From the IMG/VR virus record IMGVR_UViG_3300018080_000003, positions 79,728 to 143,727 of that record: DNA of 64,000 nt. One strand, written 5' to 3'. Origin of the DNA: a virus. Position 1 is the first letter of the stretch; each line of letters opens with the position of its first letter. Positions 17,253-26,261 of the stretch are shown one piece after another. The position numbers and the translations under genes were made by a program. The notes beneath the pieces were generated by a model, which searched no databases, had not been told where the DNA came from, and saw nothing but the letters and a program-made list of their open reading frames with translations.

Positions 17253-17611
17253 GGCCCTGGTACGAGAACTTGAGCAAGGGCGAGATGCTCTTGTGGGGAG
17301 GATCCGAGGTGTTCGTCATCGAGCCGTGGAACGGCTCCTACCTTCGGGTCTGGGGCCTTTGCTTCAGCGAACGCGGGCCCATGCGCTTCGATGTGAACGA
17401 GCTGGAACTCGGATGCGAGCCCATGGTCGACGACAACAAGCGGCGCGCCGTCCAGCGGGTGATCCTCGAAGGCGGACGCCTCACGCTTCCCGAGGGCAGC
17501 GTCGGGCCCGACGTCACCAAGGAACACGCCTACTCCGGATGGTCCAAAGACCATCTTTCGAACAAGCACTTCAACAAGGCCGACGAGGCCGCATCGTTCC
17601 TCATCCCATGA
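17249..17611 (+). CDS. Hypothetical protein
   Basis: ATGA-coupled ORF. Confidence 0.65.
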   Translation: MRPWYENLSKGEMLLWGGSEVFVIEPWNGSYLRVWGLCFSERGPMRFDVNELELGCEPMVDDNKRRAVQRVILEGGRLTLPEGSVGPDVTKEHAYSGWSKDHLSNKHFNKADEAASFLIP

Positions 17612-17772
17612 GCAAACTCTTCACCCCCGTCGAAGCCATCGCCATCATGCTCCTCGTCGGAGCCATGGCCATGCAGTCGGGACGAGAGCCCGAGGATGCC
17701 CTCGCAGGCATCTTCTACGTCTTCTCCGGCATCCTCGTCGGCATGCGTTGCAGCGAAGAAGGACACCTATGA
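17608..17772 (+). CDS. Small two-TM membrane protein
   Basis: Two hydrophobic stretches; ATGA overlaps. Confidence 0.6.
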   Translation: MSKLFTPVEAIAIMLLVGAMAMQSGREPEDALAGIFYVFSGILVGMRCSEEGHL

Positions 17773-18023
17773 GTAAAAACTCCCCTGACGACGACAGCTA
17801 CTACGTGGCTGCGAACCAAGAGGTCACTGACGCCATCACAGACGTGTACTGGCACCATGAAGAACTCATCCGCAAGTGGGAACGCGTCATGAAAGCCGAA
17901 GAGACCCTGGCCCACTACCACAAGACCCCCGACGCCGAGCGTCAGATCGCTACCGCCGGAGCTGCCACAGCCAAGCAAACCCTGTGCGTACTCCGAGCGC
18001 TCATCCACGAGAACGACCGATGA
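17769..18023 (+). CDS. Hypothetical protein
   Basis: Coupled ORF. Confidence 0.65.
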   Translation: MSKNSPDDDSYYVAANQEVTDAITDVYWHHEELIRKWERVMKAEETLAHYHKTPDAERQIATAGAATAKQTLCVLRALIHENDR

Positions 18024-18505
18024 AGCGCCGCCCCTTCGACGCCTTCGACTTCATCCCGGACGACTACTTGAATCCAAAAGAAACCATCATGAAGGTCACA
18101 CTCCAGTTCCACCACACCGAAGACGCCGCTCCGCCCCCAGACAAGGCGCTCGTGCTCCTCGAAGCCAGTGCCCTTTGTCAAAAAGGCGAGGAGCCCAAAC
18201 GTGTCTTCGAAGAGATGATGCTCGGACGTCGAGTCGACATGGACGATGGCACCTGGGGCTTTGCGCTCGAAGGCTGTGAACCTCAGGACCCAGAAGACTT
18301 CTACGCCTGGGCCGAGCTTCCCGCCATGCCAGCGCCGCGGCCTACCCCGACGGTCGATGATTACGAGAAGGCCGTTTTGGATCTCCTCGTCAAGTACGAG
18401 GAGGGCACGACAGATGATGCATCCTTGGTTCGCTCCGTTGGCGAGCTGTACAACCGTTTCCCTTCGCTCCGCATGCGAGCACGGCGAGAGGCGGCGAGGC
18501 GATGA
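18020..18505 (+). CDS. Hypothetical protein
   Basis: Coupled ORF. Confidence 0.65.
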   Translation: MKRRPFDAFDFIPDDYLNPKETIMKVTLQFHHTEDAAPPPDKALVLLEASALCQKGEEPKRVFEEMMLGRRVDMDDGTWGFALEGCEPQDPEDFYAWAELPAMPAPRPTPTVDDYEKAVLDLLVKYEEGTTDDASLVRSVGELYNRFPSLRMRARREAARR

Positions 18506-18777
18506 TCCCTGGACCCGGTCAGAAAGGCTACATCGGCAGCCTTCAGGCGGAGATCCTATCGGCCATACGAGAGAAGGGCGAAGCCCACGGGATGCTCATC
18601 GCTGACATCATCGACATGGACAAAAACGAGGTCTACCCGCCGCTTCGACGCCTGCTCAAGCGCGGCCTCATCGACCACAAGCCCCCCTTCTACGCCCCTG
18701 AGTCCCGAGGCGTACCCCGCAAGGTTTACTTTCTCACCGAAAAGGGACGGGCGGCGCTAGAACAGCTCGATGTCTGA
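18502..18777 (+). CDS. PadR-family winged-helix regulator
   Basis: VYPPLRRLLKRGLI...PRKVYFLTEKGRAAL. Confidence 0.8.
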   Translation: MIPGPGQKGYIGSLQAEILSAIREKGEAHGMLIADIIDMDKNEVYPPLRRLLKRGLIDHKPPFYAPESRGVPRKVYFLTEKGRAALEQLDV

Positions 18778-19036
18778 CGCCCTGACAGCGCTCCTGGACG
18801 CTCACAGTGGCTGGAACAGGCCCGAGCCCCGCAAGTCGAAGCCAAGAAAGCGGCTCAAGACCTACAAGACCCACTGCCGATTTCAGAGCGTGCGACGTGG
18901 GAAGACAGACCCCCGGTACTGCCACACCTGGGTGCTCTACATGCCCTGCGCCAAGGAGCACGTCAGCCACGCGGCCGAGCCTCCCGAGGACATCGCCTGC
19001 GTCAAAGCGGTCAGCTGCGACCTGAGGAAAGAATGA
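18770..19036 (+). CDS. Hypothetical basic Cys/His protein
   Basis: Coupled ORF. Confidence 0.55.
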   Translation: MSDALTALLDAHSGWNRPEPRKSKPRKRLKTYKTHCRFQSVRRGKTDPRYCHTWVLYMPCAKEHVSHAAEPPEDIACVKAVSCDLRKE

Positions 19037-19263
19037 ACAAGAAGCTCCGGGAAAGCATCAACGAGTGCCTTCGATGCCCAGACCACTGCGAGTCACTTGC
19101 CGACTACATGCACGACATGGGCAATGATGCTCGCAGATGGCTGAAGCAAGCCGAGCGCGCGGGTGACGAGAAAGAGATCGAGTCCTGCAAGAAGCTCGTT
19201 GAAGAAAACGACCTCTGCGAGCGGCTCCTCAGGGCGCTCGTCAAGGCCAGTATAGAGAACTGA
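19033..19263 (+). CDS. Hypothetical protein
   Basis: Coupled ORF. Confidence 0.65.
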   Translation: MNKKLRESINECLRCPDHCESLADYMHDMGNDARRWLKQAERAGDEKEIESCKKLVEENDLCERLLRALVKASIEN

Positions 19264-19264
19264 A

Positions 19265-19534
19265 ATGAAGGACATTGCAGACACCAACGCGACCCCCGAG
19301 TGGTACGACGACATCTATCGAGCAGGTGTGCTCGAAAAAGTCTCCACCATCGCCGCTGAGTACGAACTCACGCTCGAAGAGCTGAAGACGATGGCTCCCA
19401 CGCTCTATGGCTACGTCAACGGCTCCCCGAAGTACTACGGCAAGGCGCTCAGGGAGCTGTGCGCCCTCGTCGCCTGCGCCAAGGTACTCAAGCAGGAGCT
19501 TGAAGAGTACGGGCCTCACATCAAAGAGTATTGA
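19265..19534 (+). CDS. Hypothetical protein
   Basis: Coupled ORF. Confidence 0.65.
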   Translation: MKDIADTNATPEWYDDIYRAGVLEKVSTIAAEYELTLEELKTMAPTLYGYVNGSPKYYGKALRELCALVACAKVLKQELEEYGPHIKEY

Positions 19535-19566
19535 CTTGTTCACGTAACCATGGTTACGTCTAAAAT
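19531..19566 (+). promoter_or_regulatory. Promoter of the ncRNA cluster with a perfect 18-bp palindromic operator
   Basis: TTGACT at 19531, ACGTAACCATGGTTACGT at 19542-19559, TAAAAT at 19561. Confidence 0.7.
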
Positions 19567-19573
19567 GCCGCAA

Positions 19574-19629
19574 GGACGAAACGCTCTGCTGCAGAGCGTC
19601 TGAGGGTATGCACCCTCACTGATGAGTCC
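19574..19629 (+). ncRNA. Hammerhead ribozyme, type II; predicted cut after C19600
   Basis: GGAC-GAAA-[CGCTCTG/CAGAGCG stem III]-TC cleavage site (GUC triplet)-[TGAGGGT/ACCCTCA stem I]-CTGATGA-GTCC. The catalytic core is complete. Confidence 0.93.
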
Positions 19630-19632
19630 CGG

Positions 19633-19825
19633 CTCACGCGACGGAAGCTTTGACCCTCTTCGGAGGCGAGCTGAATCGCGGTCCTGTCTGCTTCTCCGGG
19701 TAGTGGCAGACGAGGGCGACGTGAGGGCGAGAGCATAACTACCTGAGAGCCTTGGTTCCAGCTCTCTCCAGGTGGGCCCAGTAATTGGAACCCTGGGCGC
19801 TGCGTTTAGCTAGCGCGGGCCCAGC
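19633..19825 (+). ncRNA. Unknown structured RNA (multibranch domain plus kissing hairpins)
   Basis: CTCACG/CGTGAG closing stem, cUUCGg tetraloop, loop-loop complement GGTTCCA (19754-60) / TGGAACC (19786-92). Confidence 0.6.
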
Positions 19826-19828
19826 TTT

Positions 19829-19900
19829 GCATCTGTCGCTCAGAGGATGAGCAGCGGCCTTCTAAGCCGACCCACGCAGGTTCGAATCCTGCCAGATGCG
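19829..19900 (+). tRNA. tRNA-Arg(TCT), CCA not encoded
   Basis: GCATCTG/CAGATGC acceptor, GCTC/GAGC D stem, CT-TCT-AA loop, GCAGG-TTCGAAT-CCTGC T arm. Confidence 0.85.
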
Positions 19901-19920
19901 CTCAAGAAAGGGGACCTCAA

Positions 19921-20337
19921 TTGAATCAAGAAGAGCAAGAAGGATGGTGGCTGACCGCTGAACAGTTTGATCCTGTCGACTGTGGCCACGTCGTCCATCC
20001 CTGGAACGGAGAGAGCATCGGAATCCTCTGGGAAGAGAAGGGCGACATCGAGTTCTTCTACAGAGAAGACCTGTCGCGCATCGAGCACTTGCAAGTCGAC
20101 GAACCAACCAAGCTGCTGCGGGCTCTGAAAACCATCATGAAGCTCGGAGGAGAGCACACCTCCGTTCGCATCCACTTCTTCGATCTTCGTCCGCCAAGAG
20201 GAAAAGTCGCAGAGCTGAAAAGCGACGCTGTCAGCAGTCACGTGCGAACGCGTGATGGCAGGAAGGTTTACCAAGATATCGGGCGCGCTGCCGTGCGCTT
20301 CGTCTGCGAAGTCCTTCAGGAGAGAAAGCGTGAGTGA
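19921..20337 (+). CDS. Hypothetical protein
   Basis: TTG start after AGGGG. Confidence 0.65.
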   Translation: MNQEEQEGWWLTAEQFDPVDCGHVVHPWNGESIGILWEEKGDIEFFYREDLSRIEHLQVDEPTKLLRALKTIMKLGGEHTSVRIHFFDLRPPRGKVAELKSDAVSSHVRTRDGRKVYQDIGRAAVRFVCEVLQERKRE

Positions 20338-20560
20338 AGACGCACGCAAGGCTCACCAGGCGAGGGTCGAAGCCGAGAAGTGCCTTCGAAGGGCACATTC
20401 CAACCTGACATCCGCCATCGACAGCGCCGAGAACGACAAGCATAGCTCCGCGCTTGAGGATGCCTCTTGGGCGCTCCAATACCTGGGAGCGGCCGTGATG
20501 CACCTAGGCAACGCCATTTACCACCAGACCAAGTGGGAATGCGCCCCGTACGGAGACTGA
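20330..20560 (+). CDS. Hypothetical helical protein
   Basis: GTG start after AGGAG. Confidence 0.65.
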   Translation: MSEDARKAHQARVEAEKCLRRAHSNLTSAIDSAENDKHSSALEDASWALQYLGAAVMHLGNAIYHQTKWECAPYGD

Positions 20561-20562
20561 GA

Positions 20563-20904
20563 ATGAAAATCGACAAGCCGACCCCAGAAGACGTACTCCA
20601 CACCCTCATGTGGGCTCGTGCCCTCATCAAGCGTGGATGGACAAAGCACAAGTGCACCAACCGAAAAGCAATCCGTAGCGACAAGGTCGGAACGAGATAC
20701 TGCGCCATGGGCGCTATCTACGCGACAACGGATGATTACCAGCTGCAGCAAGCTGCAAGAATGGCGCTCGGCCGAGCCTTGAAGGTGCCAGGCATAGCTC
20801 ACTTCAACGACCACCGAGACACGAAGAAACGTGATGTCATCAACCTCTATGACCGCGCGATCGAGTGCCTGAGCCAGCGCATCAAGCCGAAGAAGAACTC
20901 ATGA
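20563..20904 (+). CDS. DUF6197-like phage protein
   Basis: LIKRGWTK...YCAMGAI...IAHFND...DVINLYDRAI. Confidence 0.65.
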   Translation: MKIDKPTPEDVLHTLMWARALIKRGWTKHKCTNRKAIRSDKVGTRYCAMGAIYATTDDYQLQQAARMALGRALKVPGIAHFNDHRDTKKRDVINLYDRAIECLSQRIKPKKNS

Positions 20905-21164
20905 AAAAGTTGCGAGAAAAGGATTTTTCAACAGCATACGTCGTCGCGACTCTCAACCTCTCTTTGGAGCCTCCTGTCGTCATCGATGTCAGATGCTACG
21001 GCGAGAGCGCTGAGAGGCTAACCATGAGGAGTTCGCGCTATTGCTATGCGACTCTGTTCAGCACGCAGGCCAAGTCCTTCGAGCAAGCATGCCAGCTGGC
21101 GCTCGACACGGCCAAGGCTGCTCCTCACCTCAAATGGGCTGCGTCCTTCTTGGAGAACTCATGA
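20901..21164 (+). CDS. Hypothetical protein
   Basis: Coupled ORF. Confidence 0.6.
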   Translation: MKKLREKDFSTAYVVATLNLSLEPPVVIDVRCYGESAERLTMRSSRYCYATLFSTQAKSFEQACQLALDTAKAAPHLKWAASFLENS

Positions 21165-21496
21165 GCAAAGTCACCGATCTCAAAGGAGCCCTCGGGCTCG
21201 TAAAAATCTGGAACCACGGACACATCCTCGTCTACCCCTCGACCAATCGAGGCTACGTCTGCATCACACAAAGGGGGCACAAAGACCGCAACGGCAAACT
21301 CATGAAGCCCGGCACCGTGGGTCCTTCTGATGGCTTCTTTGGCATGGGTGCCAAGGCGTTCGAGCCGAAGACTTTCCGCCACCCCTTGGTGGGGCCGGGG
21401 GACCTAGACGAGAAGAACAAGCATCTGTTCGATCTCTACGGAGGTCGAACCGCTTCTGTTGAAGAGCAACACGCGTTCGCTCAGAGGAGGCTCTGA
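21161..21496 (+). CDS. Hypothetical protein
   Basis: Coupled ORF. Confidence 0.65.
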   Translation: MSKVTDLKGALGLVKIWNHGHILVYPSTNRGYVCITQRGHKDRNGKLMKPGTVGPSDGFFGMGAKAFEPKTFRHPLVGPGDLDEKNKHLFDLYGGRTASVEEQHAFAQRRL

Positions 21497-21849
21497 TGCC
21501 GCTCATCGACCCAAAAAACCAGCCCCCCATCCCTAAATGGTGGACCAACGTCAAAGTTGGGACGAAGATCGTCGCCGGAGCCGGCCGCGGTATCAGAGCC
21601 ATCGTCATCCAGCCTTGGAACGACGTGTTCCTCGGTTGCGCAAAGCAGGTGTGGAGGACTCCTGCTGCAGCGGGAGCGAATCTACTTCAGCCTCGATGGG
21701 AGATGTTTGCCCTTCGAGAAATTGAACTCTTCGACCAGTTCTGGTTGCCGCTAGACACTGCAGAAGAGCTTCTCACGTCGTTCAGAAGTTGGATCGAGGC
21801 TCATGACCCCGACGGCTTCTTCGAGCCGGAAGCAAGGAAGACACAATGA
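21496..21849 (+). CDS. Hypothetical protein
   Basis: GGAGG RBS; coupled. Confidence 0.65.
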   Translation: MPLIDPKNQPPIPKWWTNVKVGTKIVAGAGRGIRAIVIQPWNDVFLGCAKQVWRTPAAAGANLLQPRWEMFALREIELFDQFWLPLDTAEELLTSFRSWIEAHDPDGFFEPEARKTQ

Positions 21850-22292
21850 CACGTTCTGGATACTCCGACGACTTTGGCTGCGGTGGCCCTGAAGAGATGT
21901 GGGCCAACATCCGCTACCGAGGAGCCGTCAAGTCAGCTATCCGTGGCAAGCGCGGCCAGCGCCTGCTCCGCAACCTTCGTGACGCCCTCGACGCGATGCC
22001 CGTCAAAGAACTGATCGAGATGGAGATGCAGGCCCCCTCAGGGGCCTACTGCGCCCTAGGGGCGCTCGCTGCGCATGAGGGGCGCGACCTGAAGGAGATG
22101 CGCTTCGACGATGAGACCGACGCTGAGCGCATCGCGGAGGATTTCGACGTCGCGACCTCTCTGATCCGAGAGATCGTTTTCGAGAACGACGACGACTTCG
22201 GACCCTACACCAAGGACACGGCCGAGGTCCGAAAGCGGCGCTGGAAGCGCGTGCGGAGCTGGGTCGAGAGTCAGATCCGAGAGAGGCCATGA
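21846..22292 (+). CDS. Conserved phage hypothetical protein
   Basis: RSGYSDD...RGAVKSAIRGKRGQ..L..L..ALDAMP.K.LI...CALG...EIVFEND pattern seen in phage proteins. Confidence 0.75.
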   Translation: MTRSGYSDDFGCGGPEEMWANIRYRGAVKSAIRGKRGQRLLRNLRDALDAMPVKELIEMEMQAPSGAYCALGALAAHEGRDLKEMRFDDETDAERIAEDFDVATSLIREIVFENDDDFGPYTKDTAEVRKRRWKRVRSWVESQIRERP

Positions 22293-22825
22293 CCGACCAC
22301 CGCGTCCCGCTGTTCAACCACCAGCCCGTGCAGAAGTTCCACGTCAGCAACAAGGGCGAGTACGGCATCTTCCTCCTCGATGGCAACACGCTCATCATCT
22401 ACAGCAGCTTCGGGAGCTACGGCCATCACTGGAGCCATCCGGGGGCAGACATCCGGAAGTTCCTCCTCAAGGTCGAGAAGAGCTACTTGCTGAGCAAGCT
22501 CTGTCCCTCCAACTGGTACACCTACTCTCGCACCGACTACGACAAGACCTTCCAGCGCGTGCGTGAAGAGATCCTTCGCGACCGCCGCGACGGCGGTCTG
22601 ACCAAGGAGCAAGCGAGGGAGGAGTGGAAGCTCTCTGAGCAGATCCTAGCGCACCACGAAGGCTACCTCTGGGAGTGGTACGAGCACACGAGGCTGCAAG
22701 ATGCGCACGAGCTGACGGTCATGCAGCCCTACCCCGGACAGCTCGAAGGTCTCTACCGAGATCTCTGGCCCGGGTTCAGAGCCATGCTCCAAGAAGACCT
22801 AAACCCCAAGCAGTACCTCGCATGA
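22289..22825 (+). CDS. Hypothetical protein
   Basis: Coupled ORF. Confidence 0.75.
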   Translation: MTDHRVPLFNHQPVQKFHVSNKGEYGIFLLDGNTLIIYSSFGSYGHHWSHPGADIRKFLLKVEKSYLLSKLCPSNWYTYSRTDYDKTFQRVREEILRDRRDGGLTKEQAREEWKLSEQILAHHEGYLWEWYEHTRLQDAHELTVMQPYPGQLEGLYRDLWPGFRAMLQEDLNPKQYLA

Positions 22826-23007
22826 GGTTCCGCATCAGAGGGGCACGCTGGTTCAAAATGCTCCAGCAGAAGTCTAAGGTCGTCGCGAAGAAGATAGGGC
22901 TCTCGTACCCCAGCGATGACCCCGACATCATGGCCAAGGTCCACGCAGAAGCTGAGCGCCAAATGACGACTCGACTGACCGAAGCTTTCAGGAAGGAGAC
23001 CCAGTGA
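22822..23007 (+). CDS. Hypothetical protein
   Basis: Coupled ORF. Confidence 0.55.
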   Translation: MRFRIRGARWFKMLQQKSKVVAKKIGLSYPSDDPDIMAKVHAEAERQMTTRLTEAFRKETQ

Positions 23008-23369
23008 AGATCAACTACCGCAACATGCTCGAAAAACTTGCCATCCAAGCAAGGCGGGCTCTCGCCACGGCCAAGCCTGATCCTGCCGAAGAGTTTCGGT
23101 GCGAAGAATTCAAGCGCCTCCACCAGATGAGCGAGAAGGTGCTCGGAGAGCTTCAGTCTGAAGGCAACGCACCAGACGAATGGTTCGAGAAGCTGAAGCC
23201 GCACGATGCGATCTACGACAACCACGAGAAGCAGGTCGTCTTCGCTCTCACCAACTACGACCACAACGAAGGCGGCATCTATGTGGAGTGGCGCGAGGGC
23301 AAGAAAGTCCTGCAGACCTTCATCCCCAAGAAGATCCTCAAAGAGGACATGGTCAAATGGAATCCGTAG
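23004..23369 (+). CDS. Hypothetical protein
   Basis: AAGGAG plus GTG. Confidence 0.7.
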   Translation: MKINYRNMLEKLAIQARRALATAKPDPAEEFRCEEFKRLHQMSEKVLGELQSEGNAPDEWFEKLKPHDAIYDNHEKQVVFALTNYDHNEGGIYVEWREGKKVLQTFIPKKILKEDMVKWNP

Positions 23370-23680
23370 ACTTCGAGGCCTACAACCGATTCCTCGCCGC
23401 ACGAGGCAGGTACCTGCGGGAGAGCGGCTGGACCCCATGGATCGATGGGAACCATCTAAACCGCCTTCAGAGCGCAGAGGGGGCGCCCATCGTGCTGTGG
23501 AAGCCACCGCCGTGGATCCATGCCGACCGGCCCTACATGGACACCGAGACTGCAATATCTTGGCAGACCAACGAACACGCCATCGAACTGAAGCACCTCG
23601 GCCGCGCCATCGCCGAGCGCGAGCGCGAGCGCGCCCGGAAACAAAAGAAGAAGTGCCTTGTGTCCTTGGAGGAGAGATGA
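23357..23680 (+). CDS. Hypothetical protein
   Basis: ORF in operon. Confidence 0.6.
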   Translation: MESVDFEAYNRFLAARGRYLRESGWTPWIDGNHLNRLQSAEGAPIVLWKPPPWIHADRPYMDTETAISWQTNEHAIELKHLGRAIAERERERARKQKKKCLVSLEER

Positions 23681-23764
23681 GCCTAAAGCCTGGAGTCGTG
23701 CTCCGCACGCGGAAGATCGACACCTACTCTGACGTCCCGGAAGGAGAGGGAGAGAAAGAAGAAG

Positions 23765-23953
23765 ATGAGTGATCAAGAATACGAGGCCCTCAAGAGCCTA
23801 CAGGCTGCTTCCAGGGCGCTGTCTCGGTGCGCCGAGCGCGTCAGGCTCTACGACTTGACACTCCAGAGCGCGCGCTACGCCATTTCGTCCGACCTCGATG
23901 AGATCGACGCCCACATCCAAGATGTACGAGAGAGGGTAGAAGACGATGAGTGA
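23765..23953 (+). CDS. Hypothetical protein
   Basis: ORF in operon. Confidence 0.6.
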   Translation: MSDQEYEALKSLQAASRALSRCAERVRLYDLTLQSARYAISSDLDEIDAHIQDVRERVEDDE

Positions 23954-24242
23954 CGAAACCCAGCCCCTCCTCCGCGTCGATGCCGTCAACGACACGCTCG
24001 CCGCCTACCGGGTCGACGTCGACCAAGGAGTCACACCAAGCTCCTGGGCACGCATTCTCGCTGGATCCGTTGAAGCCATCGTCTCCGAAACCTTCCGCGT
24101 CGGCGCCCATCCTCCCCACGCGACCCCTGAGCAGATGAAAGCCCTCATCGCGGCACACTTCGTCTCCGAAATGGTCAACCCTCAACACGCCGTCGCCCCC
24201 AACTTCGCCGTCATCGACGGCGGAAAGAGCGAAGAGTCATGA
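23946..24242 (+). CDS. Hypothetical protein
   Basis: ORF in operon; ends with a VIDGGK motif. Confidence 0.65.
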   Translation: MSDETQPLLRVDAVNDTLAAYRVDVDQGVTPSSWARILAGSVEAIVSETFRVGAHPPHATPEQMKALIAAHFVSEMVNPQHAVAPNFAVIDGGKSEES

Positions 24243-24745
24243 AGCCTGCCGTCATGAAGGCGCCCTACTTCTTCTCCACCCGCGATGTGCAAGACTGGCT
24301 CAAGGAGAAGGCAGAAGAGCCTGGCGGGGCCGAGTGTCCCTGCTGTGGCCAGCTCGTCAAAACGTACCGGCGCTCCATCAGTCCAAAGGCAGCCCGATGG
24401 CTGCTGTGGCTGTGCAAATACTACGACGGCATCGTCGTGGGGCAGCCAGACAGACCCGTTGACGAGATTTGGATCAGCACCACCCACTACCCCGTCAAGG
24501 GTGGCGACTACGCCAAGCTCCGCCACTGGGGGCTCGTACGCAAGAAGCCGAAGGACGTGAGCGATAAGAGCCGCAAGGCCGGCATGTGGCAGCCCACGGG
24601 CCTCGGCATCCGCTTTGCGAAGGGACAGGAAAGCGTCCCGAAGTACTGCTACATGCAGCTCGGCCAAGTCATCTCCAAGTCTGTCGAAACCATCCACATC
24701 GGAGACATTCTCAAAGGAGAAGTCTTCCAGTCCCCTGGCCCATGA
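24239..24745 (+). CDS. CPCC Zn-ribbon / winged-helix-like phage protein
   Basis: CPCCGQLVKTYRR...DYAKLRHWGLV...GMWQPT. Confidence 0.65.
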   Translation: MKPAVMKAPYFFSTRDVQDWLKEKAEEPGGAECPCCGQLVKTYRRSISPKAARWLLWLCKYYDGIVVGQPDRPVDEIWISTTHYPVKGGDYAKLRHWGLVRKKPKDVSDKSRKAGMWQPTGLGIRFAKGQESVPKYCYMQLGQVISKSVETIHIGDILKGEVFQSPGP

Positions 24746-24924
24746 AGAGAATCTACCAAGCCGAGTTCGACCACCTGGACCGTCAGATCCAAAGCCTACT
24801 CCTCAAGGCAAGCCAGAGCGGCGACCGAGATGGGCCATCCATCAGCGCCGAGCTGCGGATGATGGTCTACGACCTCGCCAAGACGCAGAAGCGGATGCTC
24901 AAACTGATGGAGCGCATGGCATGA
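24742..24924 (+). CDS. Hypothetical protein
   Basis: Coupled ORF. Confidence 0.55.
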   Translation: MKRIYQAEFDHLDRQIQSLLLKASQSGDRDGPSISAELRMMVYDLAKTQKRMLKLMERMA

Positions 24925-25199
24925 TCATCTACCTCGCCGTCAGGGGCAGCCGTGCCCAGGGCGACAAGCTCTACAACCAGCTCCTCTTCGAGACGTTGCT
25001 CGTCACCGTCGACCTGGAGAAGGCGATCATCGTCGCTCGTGACTACGCCAAGAGATACGGGATGAACGACATGAGCCCCCTGCTGCCCAGAGAAGGCAAG
25101 ATTCGAGCGATTTGGAGCGGAGAAGAAGGCCAGACCTGGGTCGAACGTCACTTGGTCAAAGACCTCATCATCAACCTGGACGACATCGATGACCCTTGA
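24921..25199 (+). CDS. Hypothetical protein
   Basis: Coupled ORF. Confidence 0.6.
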   Translation: MIIYLAVRGSRAQGDKLYNQLLFETLLVTVDLEKAIIVARDYAKRYGMNDMSPLLPREGKIRAIWSGEEGQTWVERHLVKDLIINLDDIDDP

Positions 25200-25374
25200 G
25201 ACGCTCATCGGGATCCAAACCGGCCTCGGCATCTACCTCGGCGTCCAGGCGCTCTACTGGAACTGGCGCCACAGACGACTGAAAGGAGAGCTGGCGAAGA
25301 CGTCCGGCGTCCTGGAAGAGCTGAACACTCGACTGGAAAAGATGAACCAACATCTTCGAAAGAAAAAGAAATGA
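25189..25374 (+). CDS. Small membrane protein with coiled coil
   Basis: N-terminal TM segment. Confidence 0.55.
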   Translation: MTLETLIGIQTGLGIYLGVQALYWNWRHRRLKGELAKTSGVLEELNTRLEKMNQHLRKKKK

Positions 25375-25919
25375 ACTACTACTTCGACACCGAATTCATG
25401 GAAGATGGCAAGACCATCGAGCTGCTCAGCATCGGCATCGTCGCCGAGGATGGTCGTGAGCTGTACCTGGAGAACAGCGAGGCGGACCACTCAAAGGCCA
25501 ACGCGTTCGTCAAGGCGGAGGTGCTTCCCTACCTTGAGCGCTCAGAGGAGGTACTCAGGACGAAGAAGCAGATTGCTAAAGCCGTCCGCAAGTTCTGCCT
25601 TGACGACCTGAACAACCTGCAGCGACAGGCCCAGCACCAGTTCTGGGCCTACTACTGCGCCTACGACTGGGTCGTCATGTGTCAGCTTTTCGGCAACATG
25701 ACCGACCTCCCGGAAGGCTTCCCCATGTGGTGCCACGACCTCATGCAGACGGGTGTGGAAGTCAGAAAAGTTACCCACGAGAAGAACTGCTGGATCGCAG
25801 GCGGCGACGTCAAGTTCCGCATCCCCGGCTTCAACAAGCATCACGCCCTCCACGACGCCCGCTGGTGCAAGCTGGCATATCACGCCATCGAGCAGGTGCG
25901 AGACAAGCGAGGCTTCTGA
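25371..25919 (+). CDS. DEDDh 3'-5' exoribonuclease (RNase AS/Rv2179c-like)
   Basis: YFDTEF..DG.TIELLSIGIV, AYDWV, HHALHDARW. Confidence 0.88.
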   Translation: MNYYFDTEFMEDGKTIELLSIGIVAEDGRELYLENSEADHSKANAFVKAEVLPYLERSEEVLRTKKQIAKAVRKFCLDDLNNLQRQAQHQFWAYYCAYDWVVMCQLFGNMTDLPEGFPMWCHDLMQTGVEVRKVTHEKNCWIAGGDVKFRIPGFNKHHALHDARWCKLAYHAIEQVRDKRGF

Positions 25920-26152
25920 TGAAAATCAGGGAAGGGCTCATCGAGCCCCAGAATGAGCGTGAGAAGGAGATCGAAGCTGAGGAGTCTCTCTGCTTCGAAA
26001 TCCAAGAGCTGATCGCAAAGGCCGTAGAGTCAGCGGATCGTTCCCAGGATGACTACCAACACCTCCTTCATCCAGACGCCGAGCTGACCTTCAGACAGGT
26101 CGCACGAGAACTTCACCACCTCGGCTTCAGACTCATCCTCAGCCTAAAGTGA
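25919..26152 (+). CDS. Hypothetical protein
   Basis: TGATG-coupled. Confidence 0.55.
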   Translation: MKIREGLIEPQNEREKEIEAEESLCFEIQELIAKAVESADRSQDDYQHLLHPDAELTFRQVARELHHLGFRLILSLK

Positions 26153-26261
26153 TCATTCTCAGCATCGCCTTGGCGGTATGTCTCGCCATCGCAGCCAACA
26201 GCATTGCCATCTGGAGCCTCCACAAGCGGCTCAAGGACCTTGAAAAGGAAAGGGAAGAGCC

